A stretch of DNA of 64,000 nt from Clostridia bacterium (GCA_016281535.1 JAEEIT010000186.1:3514-67513); one strand, 5' to 3'. Counted from the first letter of the stretch, positions 9,158 to 18,744 are shown. Notes: a model not told the origin generated them from the sequence alone. A program made the numbers and translations.

Positions 9158-9634
9158 GTGGAACATTTGCAGAATAAGTTCTCTTTCGAAGAATATCTGG
9201 CGGAACACGGTACGTTAACATACCGCAATACCGGCACGAGCATGCTTCCCCTCATTAAGCAGAACCGGGACGCATTTACGGTGCGCCGGCTCGAAAAGGG
9301 AGAAATGCCGAAGCCGAAGGATGTAGTGCTTTTCCGGAGGTATTCCTCGACCGGTGATGTCAGATATGTCCTGCACCGTGTGTGGAAGAAAACGGGGGAT
9401 ACGTACGTGTGCCTCGGAGACAACTGTGTCAACGCCGAGAGAAATGTCCGCCTCGAGGACATCATGGGGATACTTACCGAGGTCAACCGTAAGGGGAAGA
9501 TCATCCATATGACCGATTCCGGATATCGCTTCTACGTCTGGTTCTGGGGCGTTACCAGACCGGTCCGCATCTTCTGCAAGAAGTGCAGAATCAAGGCGGT
9601 CAGGCTGGCCAAGCGGATATTGCGCAGGGTATAA
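9158..9634 (+). CDS. S24/S26 (signal-peptidase/LexA-like) family serine peptidase
   Basis: GTSMLPLIK (a Ser nucleophile motif of the G.SM.P type), then DVVLFRR...YVLHRVWK...VCLGDNC, as in S26/S24 peptidases. GTG start. Confidence 0.65.
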   Translation: MEHLQNKFSFEEYLAEHGTLTYRNTGTSMLPLIKQNRDAFTVRRLEKGEMPKPKDVVLFRRYSSTGDVRYVLHRVWKKTGDTYVCLGDNCVNAERNVRLEDIMGILTEVNRKGKIIHMTDSGYRFYVWFWGVTRPVRIFCKKCRIKAVRLAKRILRRV

Positions 9635-9664
9635 ATTCCTTCTGAAAACCGATCCAACATTCCA

Positions 9665-9693
9665 TTGACAAAAGACAGACACGGTACTACAAT
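9665..9693 (+). promoter_or_regulatory. SigA-type promoter upstream of DUF4130 gene
   Basis: TTGACA (9665-9670), a 17-nt spacer, then TACAAT (9688-9693). The inverted repeat AACGAA-N6-TTCGTT (9710-9727) lies downstream. Confidence 0.6.
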
Positions 9694-9752
9694 AACCTCA
9701 CAACCTAAAAACGAACATAAATTCGTTATTGTAATGGAAGGAGGAGCCGGAT

Positions 9753-10538
9753 ATGGATAATGACCTGGAATATATCTACGACGGGACTTTCGAAGGATTT
9801 CTGTGCTGTATTTACGCAAGTTATGTGCGAAGAGAAGTGCCGATGCATATCTATGTAGAAGAGGGACTGCCTCTTCTCGGAGAGACGGCGACATGGATCA
9901 CGACGAACTGGCAGCAGGCCCAGAGTGTGTACGTGTCGCTGAGCAGGAAGATCGGTATGGAAGCACAGGACATCGTGAAGGAAGTGTTCCTTACACATCT
10001 GCCGAATAAGGAGATGCTCCTCTTCCGTTATATCTGCCTGGGCTATAAAGTGGGCCGGGCAGTCATTTCTCCGGAGGATTGGGAAGAAGCGGAGAGAGAA
10101 GGCCGGCTCCGTGAGTCGGTGCAGCAGGCAGAACTGGTATTTACGGTGCTTGCCGCGGCAGGGAACTACCGGGCCGAGGTGAAGAATATCGAGGGGAAAC
10201 TGCGGTTCCGTTCGTATTCCGATGTTATGATCTCCTGCATTACCCCGAGAAACCGGGTGCTCCCGTTCCTGGCGAATTTCTTCGAGAAGAGATTCCTGAA
10301 CGTGAATTTCCTTCTTTATGATAAGACGCACAAGATGGCGGCGGTACACCGGCAGGAGGGAACGATGGTGACACTTCTGCGGAGCAGCCATCTTCCGGTC
10401 CTCTATGACGAGGAGAATGTCTATGAGAACCTGTGGAGATCCTGGTATGACAGCCTTCATATTGAAGTTCCCGAGAACCCGAGATATGCGCTTAATGAGA
10501 TGCGGACGAGGCTGTGGTGTGAGATCACGGGTGACTGA
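9753..10538 (+). CDS. TIGR03915/DUF4130 family putative DNA-metabolism protein
   Basis: The N-terminal YIYDGTFEGFLCCIYASY and C-terminal ...WRSWYDSLHIEVPENPRYALNEM... fit the DUF4130 family. That family usually partners with a radical-SAM protein. Confidence 0.6.
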   Translation: MDNDLEYIYDGTFEGFLCCIYASYVRREVPMHIYVEEGLPLLGETATWITTNWQQAQSVYVSLSRKIGMEAQDIVKEVFLTHLPNKEMLLFRYICLGYKVGRAVISPEDWEEAEREGRLRESVQQAELVFTVLAAAGNYRAEVKNIEGKLRFRSYSDVMISCITPRNRVLPFLANFFEKRFLNVNFLLYDKTHKMAAVHRQEGTMVTLLRSSHLPVLYDEENVYENLWRSWYDSLHIEVPENPRYALNEMRTRLWCEITGD

Positions 10539-10552
10539 AGCAGAGACCCCGC

Positions 10553-11941
10553 TTACGGGATCTCTACTTCGAATCCGGCTTCGACAGGATATGTGGCCGG
10601 TTCGGTGCCGTTGATCAAGTAGTAGCAGCCGTCCTCGTCATTGACCCAGTATGAGGGGCACTGGATGACGAGATAGTCTATATCGTCGATCTTTACGTGC
10701 GGATATTGCCTGTCATAAGTCATTTCGCCGGTAGCGGGGAAATATGCCGATGTCAGATTCGGAACCTTCGCTGACGGGATCAGGAACATCATGCTGTTGA
10801 TAGAGTCCAGATAGTCATTGGCGGGCAGACCGAAATCCGCATAGGAATACTGGGAAGTATAGACACGGACCGGGAAGGTTTCCGAGTGGAAAGAGGCCGT
10901 CATGGCGTTCGGATCGATGCGGACATATTCGTCGTAAGTGAACGAGCAGTACGCGGAGACGATGTTGACGCGTACAGTATGGATATCCTGATAGAAGAAG
11001 GTGGACAGGATATGTCGCATGACACCATTGTCTATATATTCGCAGATGCCCGGGAGGGATTCGGAGACGGTCATCTCTCTTCCAACGTCCGTGATCTCGA
11101 TTTCCAGAACATACAGATCGAAATCATCCGGAATATCGTAGGTGACGATCGTTCCGCTCTCGCTGACCAGAAGCTCTACGAGATGTACGTCATGACCCTC
11201 CACAGAAACTGTCTGATCCAGCTCGATGTGCTTGGCAGGAATAATATCGAGATTTTTCAGCTCCATGTGGTAGCTGTCGATCACGGTACGCTGGACGTAA
11301 TCATCGGATACGAATTCCAGATCGAAATCCAGATCGATATCTTTCGCCGGGTGATTCCAGAAGAAACGGTTCAGATAGAGATCCCCCGGCGTGTCAAAGG
11401 CACGGAGATCTTCGATGACCGTGAGGACCTCACCGGTTCTCCGGTCGGTGATCCGCATATTCGCGAGAGCATAGTATCCTTCCTTCGGATTAAATGGCCC
11501 TTCTATTCCGTCGATCCTGAAGAAACCGGTCAGTGCGATCTCGTCGGCGAAGAAGGAGTCGAGAGTCATGCTGATGGAAGAATGGGCACCCGGCTGGGTG
11601 ATGGATACTTCATGGAGCCGGCCGTTGTCGACCAGAGATTCAAGATCTTCATGCTCTTTCAGCGCATTCTTGATCTCTGGTCTTACGATCAGAAGCTGGG
11701 CGTAGGACCCGATGACCGGAACATCTACGACAGATTTAGCGAAGACCACGGAGGAATTGACGCCGATGCCGAGTGAGACCGAGAACGCGACAAATAAAGC
11801 CGCGGCGATCTTACCGACCGTGCCGAAACTATGGATCATCTTACGCCTCTTTACCCGGCGTTTGATCCGTTCCATATTCATCTGCTCGGGGAGAGACTTC
11901 GCCTCGGCAGATAGAGCAGATAATCTATCTTCTATATTCAT
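10553..11941 (-). CDS. Anti-sigma factor-like membrane protein (DUF4179-like)
   Basis: A short cytoplasmic N-terminus, a single TM (IAAALFVAFSVSLGIGV) and a large extracytoplasmic domain. It lies 2 nt downstream of the ECF sigma gene. Confidence 0.65.
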   Translation of the reverse strand: MNIEDRLSALSAEAKSLPEQMNMERIKRRVKRRKMIHSFGTVGKIAAALFVAFSVSLGIGVNSSVVFAKSVVDVPVIGSYAQLLIVRPEIKNALKEHEDLESLVDNGRLHEVSITQPGAHSSISMTLDSFFADEIALTGFFRIDGIEGPFNPKEGYYALANMRITDRRTGEVLTVIEDLRAFDTPGDLYLNRFFWNHPAKDIDLDFDLEFVSDDYVQRTVIDSYHMELKNLDIIPAKHIELDQTVSVEGHDVHLVELLVSESGTIVTYDIPDDFDLYVLEIEITDVGREMTVSESLPGICEYIDNGVMRHILSTFFYQDIHTVRVNIVSAYCSFTYDEYVRIDPNAMTASFHSETFPVRVYTSQYSYADFGLPANDYLDSINSMMFLIPSAKVPNLTSAYFPATGEMTYDRQYPHVKIDDIDYLVIQCPSYWVNDEDGCYYLINGTEPATYPVEAGFEVEIP

Positions 11942-11943
11942 CT

Positions 11944-12417
11944 TCAGTCTCCTTCAAGTTCTGCCTTAAGAATGGCCAGTGCCCTTCGGACCCGGGTTCC
12001 GACCGTGCCCATGGGGATCCCGAGCAGATCGGCAATTTCCTGTGTCGTGTGATCACCGAAATACTTCAGGGTGATCACTTCCTTATACTCTTCCGGAAGA
12101 TGTGAAATCGCGTCGATCAGCTCCATCCGTTCCGTAGAGAAATCCGAGGAAGGCTCGTGGTCGACCATGTATTCCTCGAAACTGCTGTGCCGCTTCATCT
12201 TCTTATAATGTGAGCAGCACAGATTCATCAGGATACGCGTGAGCCAGGTCTCGAAGAAGGCTTCCTCTTTCAAGGTGTTCTTCTTGAGATAGCCCTTGTA
12301 CACAGCTTCGTCCACCATATCCACGGCCATACTCTCACTATAGAAATAAGAGTAGGCGATGGCATACAGTCTGCCACGTATTTTCTCTATTCTGTTAAAG
12401 AATTCTTCGTCTTTCAC
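11944..12417 (-). CDS. ECF-type RNA polymerase sigma-70 family factor
   Basis: A 157-aa protein. Region 2 (FFETWLTRILMNLC) and region 4 HTH (TTQEIADLLGIPMGTVGTRVRRA) are present. Confidence 0.85.
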   Translation of the reverse strand: MKDEEFFNRIEKIRGRLYAIAYSYFYSESMAVDMVDEAVYKGYLKKNTLKEEAFFETWLTRILMNLCCSHYKKMKRHSSFEEYMVDHEPSSDFSTERMELIDAISHLPEEYKEVITLKYFGDHTTQEIADLLGIPMGTVGTRVRRALAILKAELEGD

Positions 12418-12553
12418 TGCTTTCTGACCGGTCGTTGGTTTTCAATAGTTAGACACATACATGGGGTCGTTTTTTTTCATTAGAAAAAAACTTACGGTTA
12501 CTATTTTACATGGAAATGGTGGAAAAGATACGGCAAGGCTGAAAATGGGAGAA

Positions 12554-13939
12554 TCAGTTCTCCGATTCCCTCTGGGAAGGAAGCTTATTATTCGACAGGG
12601 CGTAGAGAAAATGGAGCGCGAAAGGCAGACTGGTCAGGCAGGTAAGAAGGTCACAGACCGGATAGACGGCTTCGAGTCCGGATATGCCGAATATGCGGGG
12701 AAGGATCCAGATCAGTGGGATGAAGTAGACGCCTTGACGGAGGCATGAGAGAAAAGAGGCCTTGAAGCGCTCTCCTGTAGACTGGAAGGTCATATTACAC
12801 ATGACATTGACCGTGAGAAGAGGAAGGATAAAGGCTTCGAGACGGAGCGCCCGTGTGCCGATGGCGATGACTTCGGCATCGTCGATGAACAGAGGCATCA
12901 GCTGGGGGGCGAAGAGAAACAGTGGTACAGCAAAGGTAAGCATGACGGCGGTACCGAAGATCCAGGTGAAGAGGAAGGCCGTCTTCATGCGGTCCCATTT
13001 CTTCGCGCCGAAGTTAAAGCCCAGGACAGGCTGGTACCCCTGACCGATTCCGAGAATGACACAGAAGATCAGCATGGTGACCTTGGAGAAAATACCCATG
13101 GCAGAGAGGGCCGCATCCCCGGCCAGATCGCCGCCCTGCTGGTTCAGAAAGATCGTGGAGAGGCTGGCCAGACCCTGACGGAGAAGCGAGGGAAGACCGG
13201 TAAACCAGATGTTTCCGTGGAAAGAAAGACTCTGCGAGAAGTGCCTGATCGTGAGCTTGGCGATGTTCTTCCGAAGAAGGACGGGAATCAGAAGCAGAAG
13301 GAAAGAGATACACTGCGATATGAGAGTGGCGATGGCCGCTCCGGCAACTCCCATGTCGAAAACATTGATCAGAAGAGGATCGAGGAAGATGTTGAGCACA
13401 CCGCCGAATCCGATCCCGATCATGGAGAACACGGCTTTTCCTTCCCAGCGCCACAGGTTATTCAGAACATAGGACCCCATCATGATCGGGGCACCCAGAA
13501 GAATGTAGCGGGCATAGAGTTTCGCATAGGGCAGGGCAGTGGGGGTGGAGCCGAGCATATTCATGATCGGTTCGATGAAGATCAATCCCAACACCGTAAT
13601 CAGACCGCCGATACCCAGAGCAGAGAAGAAACTGGTGGACAGCGCATGGCTGGCCGTGTCTTCATCTTTCGCCCCGAGGGAACGGGAGATGATACTTCCG
13701 GAACCCATGCCGAGGGTGAATCCGATCGCCTGGATCAGGGCCATCAGAGAGAAGACCACACTGACGGCACCGGACTGGCTCTTGCCGAGCTGGGAGACGA
13801 AATAGGTATCTGCTGTGTTATAGATACCTGTCACGAGCATGCTGACGGTTGTCGGAACAGCGAGCTTCAGAATAAGAGGACGAACCGGAGCCTCGGTCAT
13901 CTTCTTGAACTGTTTCTGGTCGACTGCGGATCTACCCAT
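12554..13939 (-). CDS. MATE family efflux transporter
   Basis: A 461-aa, 12-TM protein. The N-terminal RPLILKLAVPTTVSMLVTGIYNTADTYFVSQLG is typical of MATE/NorM-like proteins. Confidence 0.85.
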   Translation of the reverse strand: MGRSAVDQKQFKKMTEAPVRPLILKLAVPTTVSMLVTGIYNTADTYFVSQLGKSQSGAVSVVFSLMALIQAIGFTLGMGSGSIISRSLGAKDEDTASHALSTSFFSALGIGGLITVLGLIFIEPIMNMLGSTPTALPYAKLYARYILLGAPIMMGSYVLNNLWRWEGKAVFSMIGIGFGGVLNIFLDPLLINVFDMGVAGAAIATLISQCISFLLLLIPVLLRKNIAKLTIRHFSQSLSFHGNIWFTGLPSLLRQGLASLSTIFLNQQGGDLAGDAALSAMGIFSKVTMLIFCVILGIGQGYQPVLGFNFGAKKWDRMKTAFLFTWIFGTAVMLTFAVPLFLFAPQLMPLFIDDAEVIAIGTRALRLEAFILPLLTVNVMCNMTFQSTGERFKASFLSCLRQGVYFIPLIWILPRIFGISGLEAVYPVCDLLTCLTSLPFALHFLYALSNNKLPSQRESEN

Positions 13940-13973
13940 GGTCAGGATGCCTTTCGAAATGTATCAGAAATAA

Positions 13974-14462
13974 TCAGAGCAGGAAGCTCAAGCCGGCAAG
14001 CACGCCATACGAAATAAGCGTAACGACTGTCGCGGCGATCAGTACACCGATAATGGCGGCAAGAAGCGCCTTCTTGAAAGGCACTTCGCAGACAGCGGCG
14101 ATGCCGCTTCCGGTCCATGCACCGGTCCCGGGAAGAGGGATGGCGATAAATCCGACCAAAGTCCAGAATGCCGTATTTCCGGCTTTCTCCACTTTCTTGG
14201 CGAACTTGTTCTCGCAGAAATCCACGATCTTCTTCAGCTTCGGATATTTTCTCATCCAGTCGAAGACTTTGCGGACGAAGAGCAGAATGAACGGGACAGG
14301 AAGAAGGTTCCCGACTACTGCCGTGAGAAAAGCCACATACCAGGGCAGACCGAAACCTGCGGCATAGGGGATACTTCCACGTAGTTCGACAACGGGGATC
14401 ATAGAGATCAAAAATACATAGGCTGCCTTACTGAGCATCGATAATTCTCCTTTATATTCCAC
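13974..14462 (-). CDS. Small multidrug export protein family (COG2426) membrane protein
   Basis: PVVELRGSIPYAAGFGLPWYVAFLTAVVGNLLPVPFILLF is characteristic of this family. Confidence 0.65.
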   Translation of the reverse strand: MEYKGELSMLSKAAYVFLISMIPVVELRGSIPYAAGFGLPWYVAFLTAVVGNLLPVPFILLFVRKVFDWMRKYPKLKKIVDFCENKFAKKVEKAGNTAFWTLVGFIAIPLPGTGAWTGSGIAAVCEVPFKKALLAAIIGVLIAATVVTLISYGVLAGLSFLL

Positions 14463-14503
14463 GGCCGAAGTACATCTGCCGCTACTCTTTTACACAAACG
14501 GCA

Positions 14504-15469
14504 TTAGGATACCACATTGACAGGGTTTCCGCAAAGATAGGAGTGAAGGTTAGATGAAGCGACATCGATCAGACGAAGTCGTGTCTCCTTCGGAGCCCAG
14601 GCAATGTGTGGAGTCAGGATCGTATTCGGCGCCGAAAGCAGGGGATTCGTCTCACGTATCGGCTCGATACTGACAACGTCGGCACCGAGTGCGGCGACCT
14701 TGCCGGAATGAAGTGCATCTGCGACAGCCTTCTCGTCGAGGACCGGTCCGCGTGAAGTATTCAGAAGGATCACACCATCTTTCATTTTCGAGATTGTCTC
14801 GGAATTGACAAGTCCGGTCGTCTCGGAAGTCAGCGGGCAATGGAAGGAGAGGATATCCGATTCTTTCCATAACGTCTCTTCGTCGACGAAGGTCACCTGG
14901 GGATCTGCACGGCGCATCTCATCCGTGATCTCAGAACGGCGGCAGGCCAGAACACGCATACCCAGCGCGGAAGCGATGCGGCTTACGCGGGAGGCGATCT
15001 TCCCGAATCCGAATAATCCGATGGTCTTGCCCCACAGCTCCGTAAGGTTACCGTCCCAGAAACAGAAATCCCTGTTCTTCGTCCAGACGCCCTGGTGGAC
15101 CAGATCACTATGGTGACCGGCTTTCCCGGCGATCTCCAGAAGAAGCGCGATGGTCATCTGGGCGGTGGCGAAAGTAGCATACTCCGGAATATTGGTGACG
15201 GTAATGCCGTGATTTCTGCAGTACTCCACATCGACGACATTAAAGCCGGTCGAGAGACAGCCGATGTAGCGGAGATCCGGAAGCTTCTCCAGGACCTCTT
15301 TCGGGAAACAGGTCTTATTCGTCAGGCAGAGGGAAACACCGGAAAGCCTTCTGAAGATCTCATCGGGTGCGGTATAGTCATAGACATGAAGTTCTCCGAG
15401 CGCTTCGAAAGGAGCCCAGGAGATATCCCCCGGGTTGGTGGTGTATCCGTCAAGAATTACGATCTTCAA
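14504..15469 (-). CDS. D-isomer-specific 2-hydroxyacid dehydrogenase (glycerate/hydroxypyruvate reductase-like)
   Basis: An NAD fold (GLFGFGKIASRV), a catalytic region (...NTSRGPVLDE...) and TPHIAWAP. There is a 4-nt overlap with the upstream gene. Confidence 0.8.
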   Translation of the reverse strand: MKIVILDGYTTNPGDISWAPFEALGELHVYDYTAPDEIFRRLSGVSLCLTNKTCFPKEVLEKLPDLRYIGCLSTGFNVVDVEYCRNHGITVTNIPEYATFATAQMTIALLLEIAGKAGHHSDLVHQGVWTKNRDFCFWDGNLTELWGKTIGLFGFGKIASRVSRIASALGMRVLACRRSEITDEMRRADPQVTFVDEETLWKESDILSFHCPLTSETTGLVNSETISKMKDGVILLNTSRGPVLDEKAVADALHSGKVAALGADVVSIEPIRETNPLLSAPNTILTPHIAWAPKETRLRLIDVASSNLHSYLCGNPVNVVS

Positions 15470-16857
15470 GAATTCTTCTCCTTGATATATTTATCAATAG
15501 ATACGGCCGCCTTCTTTCCTGCTCCCATGGCAAGGATGACCGTGGCCGCGCCGGTGACTGCATCACCGCCGGCAAATACACCCGGACGGGTAGTGGCCAT
15601 GTTCTCGTCTGCGACCAGACATCCACGGGAGGTCGCATCAAGACCTTCCGTTGTACTGCGGATCAAGGGGTTCGGAGAAGTGCCGATGGACATGATGACC
15701 GTATCTACTTCGATCTCGTGTTCCGATCCGGAGATGGCAACCGGTCTTCTTCTTCCGCTCGCGTCCGGTTCACCCAGTTCCATGGAGATGACCTCGATGG
15801 AACGTACTTCACCATTTTCACCGCCGAGAATGCGTGTCGGATTATTCAGGCACATAAACTCGATGCCCTCTTCCTTCGCGTGATGGACTTCTTCGGCACG
15901 GGCCGGCATCTCGTCTTCGGAACGGCGGTAAACGATATAGACATGCTCTGCGCCGAGACGCTTCGCAGTACGTGCCGCATCCATGGCCACGTTACCACCG
16001 CCGACAACGGCGACAGAGTGGCTCTTACGGATCGGTGTATCGTAATTGTCCAGATAAGCCTTCATGAGATTGACTCGTGTCAGGTATTCGTTGGCAGAGT
16101 ATACGCCGATCAGGGATTCACCCTCGATCCCCATGAAAGAAGGAAGTCCGGCACCGGAACCGATAAAGACGGCCTCGTAGCCTTCCTCGAAGATCTCATC
16201 GATGGTCATGGTCTTGCCGATGACGAAGTTCGTCCGTACTTCTACACCGAGAGACTGGAGGTTCTCGACCTCTCTCTGGACGATGGCCTTCGGGAGACGG
16301 AATTCCGGGATACCATATACCAGTACACCGCCTGCCTTATGAAAAGCTTCGAAGATCGTTACTTCGTAGCCGAGCCGGGCAAGATCGCCGGCGCAGGTGA
16401 GACCGGACGGACCGGATCCGATGACCGCAACGCGGTGACCGTTCTTCTCGATTGCCGGAGTATCTTCCGTGACGTGTGCCATGTGATAATCTGCAACGAA
16501 ACGTTCGAGACGGCCGATGCCGACACTCTCACCCTTCGCGCCACGGACGCACTTGCTCTCGCACTGGGTCTCCTGGGTGCATACACGACCGCATACTGCC
16601 GGCAGGCAGTTCGTCGATGTAATGATCTTATAGGCTTCTTCGTAATTGCCATCTACGATCTGCGCGATGAAATCCGGGATCCTGACGTTTACCGGGCATC
16701 CGCTTGTGCACGGACGGTTCTTGCAGTTGAGGCATCTTGCCGCCTCTTCCTTCGCCATTTCTTCTGTATAGCCGAGGGCTACCTCGTCGAAATTCCGGTT
16801 ACGGATATTCGGATCCTGCTCCGGCATAGGTGTCTTAGTAAGAGAAAGATTCGCCAT
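15466..16857 (-). CDS. nfnB: NADPH-dependent glutamate-synthase-beta-like oxidoreductase (NfnB/SudA type)
   Basis: Fe-S Cys clusters (CLNCKNRPCTSGCP; CGRVCTQETQCESKC). Dinucleotide folds (VIGSGPSGLTCAG; VVGGGNVAMDAART). I chose the start MANLSL at 16857, which is internal to the track ORF. Confidence 0.8.
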   Translation of the reverse strand: MANLSLTKTPMPEQDPNIRNRNFDEVALGYTEEMAKEEAARCLNCKNRPCTSGCPVNVRIPDFIAQIVDGNYEEAYKIITSTNCLPAVCGRVCTQETQCESKCVRGAKGESVGIGRLERFVADYHMAHVTEDTPAIEKNGHRVAVIGSGPSGLTCAGDLARLGYEVTIFEAFHKAGGVLVYGIPEFRLPKAIVQREVENLQSLGVEVRTNFVIGKTMTIDEIFEEGYEAVFIGSGAGLPSFMGIEGESLIGVYSANEYLTRVNLMKAYLDNYDTPIRKSHSVAVVGGGNVAMDAARTAKRLGAEHVYIVYRRSEDEMPARAEEVHHAKEEGIEFMCLNNPTRILGGENGEVRSIEVISMELGEPDASGRRRPVAISGSEHEIEVDTVIMSIGTSPNPLIRSTTEGLDATSRGCLVADENMATTRPGVFAGGDAVTGAATVILAMGAGKKAAVSIDKYIKEKNS

Positions 16858-16858
16858 A

Positions 16859-17719
16859 TTACTTGTCCTCCTTAACTGCTTCGTCAGCCGATGCAAGCAT
16901 ACGGCAGGGATGGGAGGCGCTCTCACGCTCCTGGGCTTTATAGTATGCGTTTCTGCGCATCAGTTCATCGAAATCAACTTCGTGTCCATCGAAGTCCGGT
17001 CCGTCCACACAGGCGAAACGGATCTTGCCGCCAACGGTCACACGGCATCCACCGCACATTCCCGTTCCGTCGATCATGATCGGGTTTAAGCTTACAAGTG
17101 TCTTGATTCCGTAAGGACGTGTCACCTCGGCGAGAAACTTCATCATCGGGATCGGTCCGATCGCGATGACCAGATCGTACTTATTACCGGCGTCGATCAG
17201 GGACTGGAGCTTATTGGTAACGAAGCCTTTCTCACCGTAGGAACCGTCGTCGGTGGTGACATAGAGGTTGTCACTTACGGCGCGCATCTCGTCTTCCAGG
17301 ATCACGATATCTTTATTGCGGAATCCGGCGATCATATCCACATGGGCACCGGCGTTATGCAGTGCTTTTGCCGAAGGATAGGCAATCGCGCAGCCGACGC
17401 CACCGCCAACGACGCAGACGTTCTTGTACCCTTCAATCTCCGTGGCATTTCCCAGAGGACCGACGAAATCGGAGATATAGTCGCCCTCGTTCTTCTTGGC
17501 CAGAGCGATAGTCGAAGTACCGACTGCCTGGAAGATGATCGTGACGGTACCCTTCTCGGGATCCGTATCGGCAATCGTCAATGGGATACGCTCTCCGTAT
17601 TCATCGATGCGGAAGATGATGAACTGGCCGGCGCGGGCCTTCTTCGCGATATAGGGCGCCTCAATATCCATCAGCGTGACGGCTTCATTAAGCTGTCTTT
17701 TGGAAACGATCTTAAACAT
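16859..17719 (-). CDS. nfnA: Ferredoxin-NADP reductase-like small subunit (NfnA/SudB type)
   Basis: MFKIVSKRQLNE..., an FAD-binding region (GQFIIFRIDEYGERIPLTIA) and C-terminal 2Fe-2S cysteines (CGGCRV...CVDGP). It is directly adjacent to nfnB. Confidence 0.8.
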   Translation of the reverse strand: MFKIVSKRQLNEAVTLMDIEAPYIAKKARAGQFIIFRIDEYGERIPLTIADTDPEKGTVTIIFQAVGTSTIALAKKNEGDYISDFVGPLGNATEIEGYKNVCVVGGGVGCAIAYPSAKALHNAGAHVDMIAGFRNKDIVILEDEMRAVSDNLYVTTDDGSYGEKGFVTNKLQSLIDAGNKYDLVIAIGPIPMMKFLAEVTRPYGIKTLVSLNPIMIDGTGMCGGCRVTVGGKIRFACVDGPDFDGHEVDFDELMRRNAYYKAQERESASHPCRMLASADEAVKEDK

Positions 17720-17737
17720 AAATACCCACCCTTTCGA

Positions 17738-17776
17738 AATACTTCGGCTTCCGGGCATCTGTGCCGGCGAAGTATT
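17738..17776 (-). other. Stable hairpin in the nfnA leader / divergent promoter region
   Basis: AATACTTCG (17738-17746) pairs perfectly with CGAAGTATT (17768-17776). An inner CCGG/CCGG stem is also present. The hairpin lies about 20 nt upstream of the nfnA start on the minus strand. Confidence 0.4.
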
Positions 17777-17921
17777 CCTCAAATGAAAATCATATCCTAA
17801 TTTAATACCACAAGGAAATGAAAATCAATAATCATCCTTATATTTGGAAAAAGAATGGCGAAAAGAAGCAAAAAATGCTAGACTATTTCTGACTTATACT
17901 CTAATGCTTGTGGAGGGGTTC

Positions 17922-18743
17922 ATGCTTCGAGTTAAGAAGTTGACGAAGAAATTCGGCAGGAAATATGCGAACGAGAATGTTAATCTCGCCTTAGATTCCG
18001 GTGAGATCGGTGTCCTTCTCGGGCCAAACGGTGCCGGAAAATCCACCACGATGAAGTGTATCCTCGGGCTTTTGAGCTTCGATGGAGAGGTGACTGTCGG
18101 AGGGAAACCGGTCCGTTCGGTGGAAGCGAAGAAGATCCTGGGATATGTTCCGGAGACTCCGGCACTCTACCCGATGCTGACAGTAAGAGAACACTTCGAG
18201 TTTATTACCCGTGCCTATCATCTGAATTCGGAGAAGGCGCGTGAGTATGCGAAAGAACTGATAGAACGTTTCCGGCTGACCGAAGTGCTGGATTACTACT
18301 GTAAGGATCTGTCGAAAGGCATGCAGCAGAAGGTCTCGATCATCTGTGCATTGCTCCCGCACCCGAAGCTTCTGCTTCTGGACGAACCGATGATGGGACT
18401 GGATCCCCATGCGATCAAAGAACTGCGTGTCATGATCTCGGAACTGGCAGAAGAGGGTGTGGCGATACTGATCTCGACCCACTTGATCTCGACCGTGGAG
18501 GGGATCTGGAATAAAGCCTACATTATGCGTAAGGGACAGATCCTTTCGAGTCACAAGAAGGAAGAAATGGTCGGCATCTGGGCCGAATCTCTCGAGAGGA
18601 TATTCTTCGCAGAGACAGAATCCTACGATTCTGTCTGGCAGACACCTTCGCCGGCGAAAACTCCGGCGAAGCACACGAATACAGTGAGCCGCCCGAATAC
18701 GTCGAAGAAGAAGAAAGCTACCAATAAGAAAAAGAAGAAATAG
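17922..18743 (+). CDS. ABC transporter ATP-binding protein (ABC-2/exporter type) with Lys-rich tail
   Basis: Walker A GPNGAGKST, signature LSKGMQQK and Walker B LLLLDEP. The C-terminal tail is TSKKKKATNKKKKK. I chose ATG 17922, preceded by GGAGGGG. Confidence 0.88.
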   Translation: MLRVKKLTKKFGRKYANENVNLALDSGEIGVLLGPNGAGKSTTMKCILGLLSFDGEVTVGGKPVRSVEAKKILGYVPETPALYPMLTVREHFEFITRAYHLNSEKAREYAKELIERFRLTEVLDYYCKDLSKGMQQKVSIICALLPHPKLLLLDEPMMGLDPHAIKELRVMISELAEEGVAILISTHLISTVEGIWNKAYIMRKGQILSSHKKEEMVGIWAESLERIFFAETESYDSVWQTPSPAKTPAKHTNTVSRPNTSKKKKATNKKKKK

Positions 18744-18744
18744 C

